Assembly (NCBI GenBank): GCA_947631315.1
Contig: CANRLA010000003.1
Location: 1 to 32,750 of the forward strand
Length of the DNA stretch: 32,750 nucleotides
Reading direction: 5' to 3'
Source of the DNA: an uncultured Clostridia bacterium
Lineage (GTDB): Bacteria > Bacillota > Clostridia > TANB77 > CAG-508
A program made the translations under genes and the position numbers. The notes under the pieces were generated by a model. That model saw nothing but the letters and a program-made list of their open reading frames with translations, was not told the DNA's origin and searched no databases. Below are positions 9,033 to 17,981 of this stretch, one piece after another (within the stretch, counting starts at the first letter, position 1; each line of letters opens with the position of its first letter).

Positions 9033-12000
9033 TTAGTTATTTTTTCCTTGTGTTATTACTAATCTTTTTAATAATAATAAGTCTGTTACTGTAATTTCGC
9101 CATCTTTGTTTATGTCTGCTGCTATAAATTGATCATCTTTTAAAATCCAATCTTCATTTGTTCCTGCTACTAAATGTCTTGTCACTTGTAATATATCTGT
9201 TTCTGAAATCTCTCCATCTTTATTGGTATCTCCTAAGATATTTTCATCAGTTTCTCCTGGAGTTTTAATCCAATCAACATTAGCTACAGCTGTCCCTTGA
9301 TTTCCTGCTTCATCTTCAAATTCAAATGTGAAAGTTCCATTCTTTGTGAATGTATAGTTTCTAGCCATATTGTTATTTGTAATAATTATGTTTTCACTTT
9401 CATTTGCTAAGCTAACTGTTACTGGCTCTTCTGTTTCTTCTTGAATACTATATACAACTTCAGCTGTTGGTGCTGTTTTGTCTATCCAGCTAACCTTTGC
9501 TGTATGCTCTTTTATGTCTGAATCGTCAGCGTCATTAGCATCTTTATATCTGAATGTAAATTCATTATTTTCATTAAATGTATATGCTTTAGAATCGTGA
9601 TTTACTATTGCAACTTTCATGCTCTCTACTTCTTCTTCTGCGTTTGCATTTTGGTTAATCATGTATGGGTTAATTGTTGCAACTACATTTTTGTTTGTTG
9701 TTCTTGTTATATCATAAGATATATCACTTGCTATTATATTTCCATCTTCAAGATAATCTGCTTTTATAGATTTGTAAGCTATGTTGCTTGCTTTATCAAG
9801 AAGTTTAAATTGATAATTTCCACTTTCTTCAAATGTATATTCTAATGGGTTTGCTTTTACTTGTTTTAATCCTCTCATTGCTTCTTCTGCATCATCAGGT
9901 ATATCTTGAGCACTTATGCTAACTCCATTTTTGTCAAGATATTCTTCGCCTTTTACTTCACCGTTTTCCATTGTTGTTACATAATATCCAACATCTTCTG
10001 CTTTTCCTGTTGTATTTGTATATATTATTCTTGTGATTATTCCTTCTTCATTTAATTCTTCTACTTTATAAATATTTCCTGAAGCATTTAAGTAAGAAAT
10101 TTTATTAACTTTTCCATCATTTACTTCAACATAGTTTATCTTTTTATCTTCATTATCTAATAAGTAAACATCTTCACTTATGCTATCTAGTAAGATACGT
10201 AATTTTTTATTTCCATCTAATTTATAATTAACATCTGCTGTTGGTCCGTTTGTGTCTATCCAGTCTACCTTAGCATAAGCTGTGCCTTTATTTCCGTTCT
10301 TGTCTTCAAATTCAAATGTGAAGTCTGTATTTTCTTTAAATATATAAGTATCGCTTCCGTTATTATTTGTTATTGTAATTTCTGTACTTGGATTAACAAG
10401 TTTTGCTATTACATAGTCTTTCGTTAATTCTCTAGTACTATATTCTATTTCTGCTGTTGGTTTTGTTCTGTCAATTTTTGTTGTATCTTCATATAGATTT
10501 ATCATTGCTATTGATGCGAACATATCGTATGTTTCTAATCTTAATCTGACATATTTTGCTTTAACACTATCATCAAAATCTATTGTTCTTAATGCAATAT
10601 TCTTTTCAAAGTCTTCACTTTTCTTAACTTCTGTCCATTCTTTTCCGTCCATGCTTACTAATATTGTTGCATTTTTTATGTAATCTGGGTCATTATCTTT
10701 ATATTTTGTTTGTATAAATTCTACTGCTGATATATATTTTGGATAGTTTAATTCAACTGTAATATATGTGTCTACATTATTTTTTATAATATCTTCAGCA
10801 AAGTTTGTGTGCCATAATGTATGTATGTTTCCATCTATTGCATTTGGTGCATAATATGGTCTCTTACTATCAAGTGATTGAGTTGAATATCCTGTTCTTT
10901 CTTCATCTTCAGTCTTATTGTCCGGATAATCTTTAATTGATAAGTTTGAAACACTTATATATTTTCTATTCTCAGGTTGATTATCCTCAGTAAATTCATA
11001 TACTTCTGATGGTGCACTTGCAAGTTTATTTCCTGTAGGTGTTTGTCTTACTTGTAGTGTTTTATTTCCAGTTAAATCAGGTGAAGATGTTTTAAATGAT
11101 TTCCAGTTATCACCTTCTTTATAACGCCATTGTGTTTTTTCTATATCTATACCAATTAGACGATTTTCTAGGTCGTTAGCATATAAATTAGTTGGTAAAG
11201 TTTGCTCTTCTATCTCTATTTTGTATATATTTGCTTCTGAATAATCAGTTCCAACTATATGAACATATATGTCATTTTCTGCTGTAATACTGTTAACTTC
11301 GTCTTTGCTAAGTTTTAATTTATGTTCTGCATCTGCATCAAATGATACTTCTTTCCATTTACTCTTATCATCTATAGTGTCTTTTCCACTTAAGTTGTAG
11401 TCCCAACGAACACCGGTACCATCAAAACGACTTGATAATACTATTTTTTCTGCATCTACTCCGTCAAATGAGAAGCTTGCAAGTGATGTGTCTGTTTGAC
11501 CTAATAAGAAGTTTGCTACTGTTCTTGTTATTCCTGGTTGATATACTTTATATGTTGCAGGATCTTTCGCTGTGTCGTCACTTAAGTTCTTTCCTTGTGT
11601 TAATAAGTCTGTTTCTAAAAGTGTAAATCTAAATGAATAATCTACTGTTTTGATTTTTCCTTCAATTTGGTCTAATAAGTTTTTCATTGGTAGTGGATAT
11701 GGCATTAATGCATTTCCTAATTCTACTGCTAATTCATAGTAGTCTTTGTCCGCTTTCGCTAGACTTCCTTCGTATGCATTATATGTATTTATTAATCCCC
11801 ACCAAGCATCTATATTAATTTTTTGTACTTTTAATGCTTCTCTATAGATTTCTTCTTGTTTCTTTAAGTCACCTTTATATATATCTGCTGTCATCATAAT
11901 TTTTTCAGCTTTTTCATAATTTGCATAATCATTTATAGCTTCTTGTGATAACATCATATATGTTGCAGCCCAGCCACTAACATAAGAATCGTTACCCCAT

Positions 12001-13775
12001 CCTAAAGGCATTCTTGTTTGCATCTTTTCACTAGCTCCTGATTGAGCCCATCCTGATACGTCATTGTCCATTGACCAGTAACCTTTTCCATTTGCATCTT
12101 TTCTATAGTAAATGATTGCTGCGTGTCCTGGTTGACTTATAACTGATGCTGGAGTACCATGTGCTGCACGGATATGGCAACCTAATTTTGATATACCACC
12201 ACAAACTGCTCCTGTTCCATATGAGTTTCTCATACTCATCCATGCTTTATATACTTTGTCCACTACTGTTCCATCTTCTTTTACATCTCCTGTATATGAT
12301 ACATGGTATTCGCTGAATATTCCTTCAAATAATTTATCCCATTCAGCCATTTTCTTTTCAGGGTCATGGAAAATTGGATTATCAAAGTTTGGCCATACAT
12401 AAGCAATATATGTATGAGGTTGTAAATATTTTTCTGGATTTTCGTCTTTATGTTCATCTATTCTTTTTTGTGTATAAGCATTGAACCACTCTAATTCTTC
12501 ATCATCTGTAATGTTATTCATTACATAACGCATTTCTTCAACTTTTAATGCTTCAAACCATTGTCCTTGGTCTTGAGTTTCACTTACTTTGAATTTTCCT
12601 CCGTCATATAATTTCTTATATATTGCATAACGATTTACAGAATCTGATCTATTTGCAGGGTGGTCAATTTGAGCCCAATATCCAACTTTTGTTGCATGAG
12701 TTAATGAAAGTGAAATTGCCATCTTTCTATAAACATCACCTTTTGTTAAGCTTGGTTCCCATGGGTTGTTTGTTAGCTCTGTTTTATCAAAATCTTCATG
12801 ATAAGCATTGTAAAGTCTTGTAAGTTCTTTTATTGAATTATAGTAACTTCCGCCATCAGGTTCTCCACCTAATACATACAAGCGAAGAGTTTTTAAATCA
12901 TTCATTAACCATCTAACAGTTTCTTTATATTGTTCATCTTGTTTAACTATTGCTTGTAAAAGGTCATAACCTACTGCATTTACAAATGTTCTTTGTAATA
13001 AAGTTTGTTCATAATCATTTATTTGTTGTTCTAAAGTTTTGTCTTTTAATTCATTATCATATTGTTCTACTGTTTTAATAAAATCAGCATCTTCCATTGT
13101 AGGTTCTTCATATCCATCTTTATATAATCTCGGATTTGCATAAACAGCATGGTCTGAAGAATTGCTTCCAATACAATCACATTCTAATTTTAAATATTTT
13201 GCACCTGTAACATCTATTGTTAATTTTTCCGCATTTTTATCTCCTTTTAATGCGTTTGGATTTTCTGATGTTTTTAGTGTCCAGTTTTGTTTATCATCAG
13301 ATGTGTATATTTTGAATTTAACACCATTTCCTTGATTTCCACGACTTTCATCAATACCAACATATGTACTGAATTTATCAAATCCATAATCACCAATATC
13401 ATATACTAGTGTTGAATTTGCGTGCGCAGAAATTCCTTTTAAAAAGTATGTTTTTTCTCCATCTATTAATAAAGTGATTAGTCCATGGTTATATTTTGTT
13501 TCTAAGTTACTGTCTAATGTAATACTTCCCCATCCTACTTTTGAATCTTCTTTAATATATTCAATGTCAGATAAATATTTGCTCATCTCATTAGAAACTG
13601 TTGCTGCTAGATATTTACCTTCCTTTTCACTTAATGTTGTTGTCTCAGATTTTTGACTGATATTTAAGTATTGAGCACAGACTTTAATTGAAAAAAATAA
13701 AATAAAAAATAAAATAGAACTAGCAACTAGTTTGTTCAAAATTTTTTCTGTTTTAAATTTTAATTTGTTTTTCAC
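9033..13775 (-). CDS. Large secreted multidomain protein: NPCBM, uncharacterised catalytic-like core, F5/8 type C (CBM32), Ig-like repeats, C-terminal dockerin
   Basis: GTG start with SD AAAGGGGG; signal peptide; NPCBM (KYLSDI..GWG..KGISAHANS..FSTYVGID..DHAVYANPRL); discoidin (NAIDGNIHTLWHT..VSMDGKEW..AKYVRL); PTAEIEYS..FTFEFED..GN repeats; dockerin GDTNKDGEISETD..ADINKDGEITVTD. Confidence 0.85.
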   Translation of the reverse strand: MKNKLKFKTEKILNKLVASSILFFILFFSIKVCAQYLNISQKSETTTLSEKEGKYLAATVSNEMSKYLSDIEYIKEDSKVGWGSITLDSNLETKYNHGLITLLIDGEKTYFLKGISAHANSTLVYDIGDYGFDKFSTYVGIDESRGNQGNGVKFKIYTSDDKQNWTLKTSENPNALKGDKNAEKLTIDVTGAKYLKLECDCIGSNSSDHAVYANPRLYKDGYEEPTMEDADFIKTVEQYDNELKDKTLEQQINDYEQTLLQRTFVNAVGYDLLQAIVKQDEQYKETVRWLMNDLKTLRLYVLGGEPDGGSYYNSIKELTRLYNAYHEDFDKTELTNNPWEPSLTKGDVYRKMAISLSLTHATKVGYWAQIDHPANRSDSVNRYAIYKKLYDGGKFKVSETQDQGQWFEALKVEEMRYVMNNITDDEELEWFNAYTQKRIDEHKDENPEKYLQPHTYIAYVWPNFDNPIFHDPEKKMAEWDKLFEGIFSEYHVSYTGDVKEDGTVVDKVYKAWMSMRNSYGTGAVCGGISKLGCHIRAAHGTPASVISQPGHAAIIYYRKDANGKGYWSMDNDVSGWAQSGASEKMQTRMPLGWGNDSYVSGWAATYMMLSQEAINDYANYEKAEKIMMTADIYKGDLKKQEEIYREALKVQKINIDAWWGLINTYNAYEGSLAKADKDYYELAVELGNALMPYPLPMKNLLDQIEGKIKTVDYSFRFTLLETDLLTQGKNLSDDTAKDPATYKVYQPGITRTVANFLLGQTDTSLASFSFDGVDAEKIVLSSRFDGTGVRWDYNLSGKDTIDDKSKWKEVSFDADAEHKLKLSKDEVNSITAENDIYVHIVGTDYSEANIYKIEIEEQTLPTNLYANDLENRLIGIDIEKTQWRYKEGDNWKSFKTSSPDLTGNKTLQVRQTPTGNKLASAPSEVYEFTEDNQPENRKYISVSNLSIKDYPDNKTEDEERTGYSTQSLDSKRPYYAPNAIDGNIHTLWHTNFAEDIIKNNVDTYITVELNYPKYISAVEFIQTKYKDNDPDYIKNATILVSMDGKEWTEVKKSEDFEKNIALRTIDFDDSVKAKYVRLRLETYDMFASIAMINLYEDTTKIDRTKPTAEIEYSTRELTKDYVIAKLVNPSTEITITNNNGSDTYIFKENTDFTFEFEDKNGNKGTAYAKVDWIDTNGPTADVNYKLDGNKKLRILLDSISEDVYLLDNEDKKINYVEVNDGKVNKISYLNASGNIYKVEELNEEGIITRIIYTNTTGKAEDVGYYVTTMENGEVKGEEYLDKNGVSISAQDIPDDAEEAMRGLKQVKANPLEYTFEESGNYQFKLLDKASNIAYKSIKADYLEDGNIIASDISYDITRTTNKNVVATINPYMINQNANAEEEVESMKVAIVNHDSKAYTFNENNEFTFRYKDANDADDSDIKEHTAKVSWIDKTAPTAEVVYSIQEETEEPVTVSLANESENIIITNNNMARNYTFTKNGTFTFEFEDEAGNQGTAVANVDWIKTPGETDENILGDTNKDGEISETDILQVTRHLVAGTNEDWILKDDQFIAADINKDGEITVTDLLLLKRLVITQGKNN

Positions 13776-13812
13776 AACAAAACCCCCTTTATATGATAAT
13801 ATTATTATATAA

Positions 13813-13841
13813 ATTATAACATATTTTAGTATTTGTGTAAA
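13813..13841 (-). promoter_or_regulatory. Sigma-A promoter of the dockerin-cohesin operon
   Basis: TTTACA-17 nt-TATAAT with an extended TG motif; lies just outside the IS target duplication. Confidence 0.7.
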
Positions 13842-13853
13842 TATTTTTTACTA

Positions 13854-13868
13854 ATCTTGTTGTTGTTT
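13854..13868 (+). repeat. Target-site duplication, left copy (15 bp)
   Basis: ATCTTGTTGTTGTTT, identical to 15309-15323 and abutting the left TIR. Confidence 0.9.
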
Positions 13869-15308
13869 AGCAAATTTTTATTTGAATTTCCGTTTTTTAT
13901 TAAAAACCTGATATAAGTGTGGTGATATAATATTAATATGTTTTCTTATGATGAAAGGAAAAATTATGAAAAAATGGAAACATATTAATTTTGAACAAAG
14001 GAAAACTATTGTATCAGGTATTACTCATAATAAAAAATTATGTGAAATTGCAACTATCTTGAATCTAGACCCAACTTCTATTTCTAAAGAAGTTAAAAGA
14101 AATCGTACTTTATCTAAATATGGTAGGACTTCTCAAGAATGCCCTTTATTATCTAGATGGCCTTACGTTTGTACTAATTGTAATAAAAAATATACATCTT
14201 GTCATTTTAACCAATATAGATATGATTCTAAGGTTGCTCAAAATAATGCAGATTGCAATCTAATTAACTCTAGAAAAGGTATTGATATTTCTTCTGAAGA
14301 CTTTAAAGAACTAGATCTTATTATTAAAAATGGTGTTGATAACAATAAATCAATTTACCAAATTAAAATTGAAAATTCTGATAAAGTAACAAAATCATTA
14401 ACTACTTTATACAGATATATTGATAAAGGTTATTTAACAACTAAGAAAATTGATTTACCTTTTGCTGTAACTTACAAAAAAAGAAAATATAAAAGTAAGT
14501 ACAACTACTCTGACAATATAATAGACAGAAGTAATCATACTTACCTTGATTATCTTGCATACATACATAATCACCCAAATTCGTATGTATGGCAATTAGA
14601 CTTTCTTGGTTCAATTAAGAAAGACTCTAAGTCTATTTTAACACTTTCTTTACCTAATTTGCAATTCTCTATCATTGAAATAATAAATCTTCCCAATTCT
14701 TCTAAAGTCGTTTCATTCTTTGACTACATTGAAAATAAAATTGGAACAGATGCTTTCTTAGATTTATTCCCTGTTATTCTTACTGATAGAGATCCTTGTT
14801 TTAATGACTATGATGGCATTTGTTTTTCAAAAAATACTGGCGAAGAAAGATGCAAGTTATTTTATTGCGACCCTTATGTGTCAAATCAAAAGCCAAATGT
14901 TGAGAACATTAATAAACAATTAAGAAAATTTTTTCCTAAGGGAAAATCTGTTGATAATTATACATCTAAAGACATAAAAGAAAAGAATTTTATACTTTTA
15001 GATACTCCTCTTAAATCTTTAGATTCATTTACACCAAAACAAGCTTTTATAAAAGTATTTAGTGAAGAATTATTTAATAACTTATTAAAATAATTCAAAT
15101 TAATTATAATCATAAGAAAACATATAAACTGAAATAAGTCTGAAAAAACGGAAATAAAGCCGTTTATTTGTCATGCTTATTTTTCTATATTTTAATTAAA
15201 ATTTAATATTTTTTTCAGCTTTATTTCCGTTTTATTACTTAAAAACTGTAATAAATCTGAATAATGCAAAAACCTTTTATTTTCCGGAAATTACTCTGAA
15301 AATTTGCG
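13869..15308 (+). mobile_element. IS30-family insertion sequence, 1440 bp, complete
   Basis: Left end AGCAAATTTTTATTTGAATTTCCG versus reverse-complemented right end CGCAAATTTTCAGAGTAATTTCCG (18/24 identical); 15-bp flanking direct repeats; one transposase ORF. Confidence 0.9.
13966..15093 (+). CDS. IS30-family DDE transposase
   Basis: HTH (EIATILNLDPTSISKEVKRN), Cys-rich segment CPLLSRWPYVCTNC..C, TTLYRYID, DDE motifs WQLD / LTDRD / QKPNVENINKQLRKFFPKG. ATG at 13966 follows SD AAAGGA. Confidence 0.92.
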   Translation: MKKWKHINFEQRKTIVSGITHNKKLCEIATILNLDPTSISKEVKRNRTLSKYGRTSQECPLLSRWPYVCTNCNKKYTSCHFNQYRYDSKVAQNNADCNLINSRKGIDISSEDFKELDLIIKNGVDNNKSIYQIKIENSDKVTKSLTTLYRYIDKGYLTTKKIDLPFAVTYKKRKYKSKYNYSDNIIDRSNHTYLDYLAYIHNHPNSYVWQLDFLGSIKKDSKSILTLSLPNLQFSIIEIINLPNSSKVVSFFDYIENKIGTDAFLDLFPVILTDRDPCFNDYDGICFSKNTGEERCKLFYCDPYVSNQKPNVENINKQLRKFFPKGKSVDNYTSKDIKEKNFILLDTPLKSLDSFTPKQAFIKVFSEELFNNLLK

Positions 15309-17075
15309 ATCTTGTTGTTGTTTTTCTACTTCTAAATATGGCAATAGCTCATTAAATATTTTTCCTCCAACCGGTGCTGCTACTCCACCTCCTTGATGAC
15401 CTCCTTCTCCTGTTGGATTATATAGTGTAACTAAAAGCACTACTTGAGGATTTTCTATTGGTGCAACTCCGATAAAAGATGTTACATATTTTCCAGTATT
15501 GACCCCATCTTCTGATGTTCCAGTTTTTCCTCCAATGTTATATCCTTCAACTTTTGCATTTTTTCCAGTTCCTTCTGCTACAACAGTTTGCATCATGCTT
15601 AATACATCTTTAGAAGTTTTCTCAGATATAACTCTTTCCCCTGTTTCTACAGGTATTTCTGTTACTTTAGGATTTCCATTTTCATCTTTTTCGCTACTAC
15701 TTATAATACTTTTTACTAAATGTGGTTTTATATAAACTCCTTTGTTAGCAATTGTGGAAAGCATTGTTACCATTTGAATTGGAGTTATTTCAAATCTTTG
15801 TCCAAACGCTATTGTTCCAAGTTCTACTGGTCCAACTTTTTCCTCTTTTAAGAATATAGAACCTGCTTCTCCTGGTATATCTATTCCAGTTGTATGAAAA
15901 AATCCAAACTTTCGTAAATAGCTATAATATGTTTTTACTCCCAATTTTTGTCCTAATCCAATAAATACTGGATTACAAGAATTCATTAATGCGTCTCTTA
16001 AACTTTCGCTTCCATGTGGTCTATAATATCTCCAGCATTTCATCTTTACTCCGGCAACATCAATATAACCCGTACAACAAAATTCTCCTGCTTTATCAGT
16101 AGTTGTTATGCCTTCTTCTAAAGCACTTGATGCAGTTACTAATTTAAAAGTTGATCCTGGCTCATAAGTATCTGATATTGCTTTATTTCTCCAAAGTGCC
16201 TGCATTTGCTTTGATTGATCTTCTTTTGATAAACTTTCATCTACTGCAAATGGGTCGTTTAGGTTATAATCAGGATATCCAGCCATAGCTAATATATCCC
16301 CATTTTGTGGATTCATTATTACAATGTTTCCACCATCTGTACACTTATTGTCTATACATGCTTCTTTAAGATGCTTTTCTGCTATTCCTTGAATTGTTGC
16401 ATCTATTGTTAAAACCAAATCATCACCATTTACTGGGTCTATATATTCTTCTGACGTATCATCAATTTGACTACCAGCTGCATCTGTTATTCTACTTATA
16501 TAACCTTTTGTTCCTTTTAAATTTTCTTCATATTTTGCTTCAATTCCTGAAAGACCCTGATTATCACTACCGCAAAATCCTATTACTTGAGAAGCTAGAT
16601 TATTGTATGGATAATATCTTTTTGTATCCTCATCTATGTTAACTCCCTGTGAAATACCATTTTCATCCAGCCATTCTCTTAGCATATTTGCCTTTTCATT
16701 ATCAACTTTACTAGCTATTTTCTCTATTGATGAACGCTTACTTACCTTTTTTAGTGTTTTTTCATAATCTAATTCAAATAGCTCTGAGAGCTTTCTTGCT
16801 ACTTTTTCTTTGTCCTGTATTACTGTTGGATTTACAGTTATTGTTTGAACTGTACTACTTACTGCTAATACTTTTTCTCCTGTTGCGTCATATATAGTTC
16901 CTCTTTTGGGATTTACACTTCTATCAGATGTTTGTTGTAAATATGCCCTCCTTTTAAGTTCACTTCCTTCTACAAATTGCAAATATCCTATTCTAAATAA
17001 TAATAGACACAATATTATTATTGTTAGTAACATCGAATTTCTCATCCTTTTTTTTAGTGACTTTTTTCCTATCAT
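15291..17075 (-). CDS. spoVD: Class B penicillin-binding protein (SpoVD/FtsI-like), no PASTA domains
   Basis: RGTIYD, RYYP, GLSGIE, GDDLVLTID pedestal motifs; SxxK (GSTFK), SxN (SCN), KTG; follows ftsL. The last 5 residues derive from the IS. spoVD versus ftsI cannot be resolved from sequence alone. Confidence 0.85.
   Translation of the reverse strand: MIGKKSLKKRMRNSMLLTIIILCLLLFRIGYLQFVEGSELKRRAYLQQTSDRSVNPKRGTIYDATGEKVLAVSSTVQTITVNPTVIQDKEKVARKLSELFELDYEKTLKKVSKRSSIEKIASKVDNEKANMLREWLDENGISQGVNIDEDTKRYYPYNNLASQVIGFCGSDNQGLSGIEAKYEENLKGTKGYISRITDAAGSQIDDTSEEYIDPVNGDDLVLTIDATIQGIAEKHLKEACIDNKCTDGGNIVIMNPQNGDILAMAGYPDYNLNDPFAVDESLSKEDQSKQMQALWRNKAISDTYEPGSTFKLVTASSALEEGITTTDKAGEFCCTGYIDVAGVKMKCWRYYRPHGSESLRDALMNSCNPVFIGLGQKLGVKTYYSYLRKFGFFHTTGIDIPGEAGSIFLKEEKVGPVELGTIAFGQRFEITPIQMVTMLSTIANKGVYIKPHLVKSIISSSEKDENGNPKVTEIPVETGERVISEKTSKDVLSMMQTVVAEGTGKNAKVEGYNIGGKTGTSEDGVNTGKYVTSFIGVAPIENPQVVLLVTLYNPTGEGGHQGGGVAAPVGGKIFNELLPYLEVEKQQQDRKFSE
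15309..15323 (+). repeat. Target-site duplication, right copy (15 bp)
   Basis: ATCTTGTTGTTGTTT abutting the right TIR; encodes KQQQD of the PBP on the - strand. Confidence 0.9.
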
Positions 17076-17287
17076 ACCTACACATTTAAAATAAACGAAT
17101 ATAAATTCGTTGTATTTTTCTCCTTATAAATATTTAGATTTTAATAAAATCTATAAACTCTTTATAAAGATTATTATTTTGTTTTTAATTTTATGATTTT
17201 TGTTTAATTTATAATTTTAATAAATTTTCTCAATTTCTTTTTTAAGCTAAATTAATTTGCTATTGGTTTAAAAAAATTTTAACAATT

Positions 17288-17338
17288 AAAATAGACACTT
17301 TTTAGATGTAAACTTTGCATCTAAAAGCGTCTATTTTT
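17288..17338. terminator. Terminator-like hairpin after ftsL
   Basis: AAAATAGACACTTTTTAGATG...CATCTAAAAGCGTCTATTTTT with A/T tracts on both sides. Confidence 0.7.
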
Positions 17339-17388
17339 CATTATTTGATTTCTATTATATTATTTTTTCTGTTTACTTTTTGGTGTTT

Positions 17389-17895
17389 TTATTGCTCTCC
17401 TTTAAGTGTTTTTAATAATTTTTGCCACCAGCTATCTTCTTCATTATTTTCTGTGTCTGTCGATGATTCAACATAGTCTTTCTTTTGAAGTGTAATATAA
17501 ACTTTTTGATTATTGTCTAATTTCTGCATTCCTAATTTTTCTTTTGCTGCTTGTTCAATATTATTAATGTTCATTCCTTGTTCTATGCTTACTTTAAGTT
17601 GTGCATTTTGTTTTTGAAGTTCGGCTAAACTTGCTTTCAAACTTTCTTTTTGTGAAAATCTTGAGTTTATTAGAGCATATCTATAACTTATGGTTAATAA
17701 CAACACGAATACTATTCCTATTTCTATAATATGCTTTACATTTTTTCTTTTTTCTATTACTTGTGCTTTTCTTATTTTTTTTCTAATATCATCTTTATTA
17801 TGTACAGTATTTTCTTTTTTCTTAGTTCTTTTTCGCACTGGTTCTATTGGTTCTTCTTTTCTAGGACTAGTTTCATACTCATAGTAATTAATCAT
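17389..17895 (-). CDS. ftsL: Cell division protein FtsL-like
   Basis: Basic N-terminus, one TM helix, leucine-zipper coiled coil, IEQAAKEKLGM motif; located between rsmH and the PBP gene. Confidence 0.75.
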   Translation of the reverse strand: MINYYEYETSPRKEEPIEPVRKRTKKKENTVHNKDDIRKKIRKAQVIEKRKNVKHIIEIGIVFVLLLTISYRYALINSRFSQKESLKASLAELQKQNAQLKVSIEQGMNINNIEQAAKEKLGMQKLDNNQKVYITLQKKDYVESSTDTENNEEDSWWQKLLKTLKGEQ

Positions 17896-17981
17896 AAGTT
17901 ATCACCTCTTTTCTCTTTAGGTTTAGTTTTGTTGCTTGCTCTCTATTTTCTATTGTTTTTTACTTTATGTTTTCCATTATT

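Noticed and set aside
13936-15125. 17-bp perfect IR as the true IS termini
   Set aside because: No flanking duplication there; the outer TIRs at 13869 and 15308 abut a 15-bp TSD whose removal restores the PBP stop codon.
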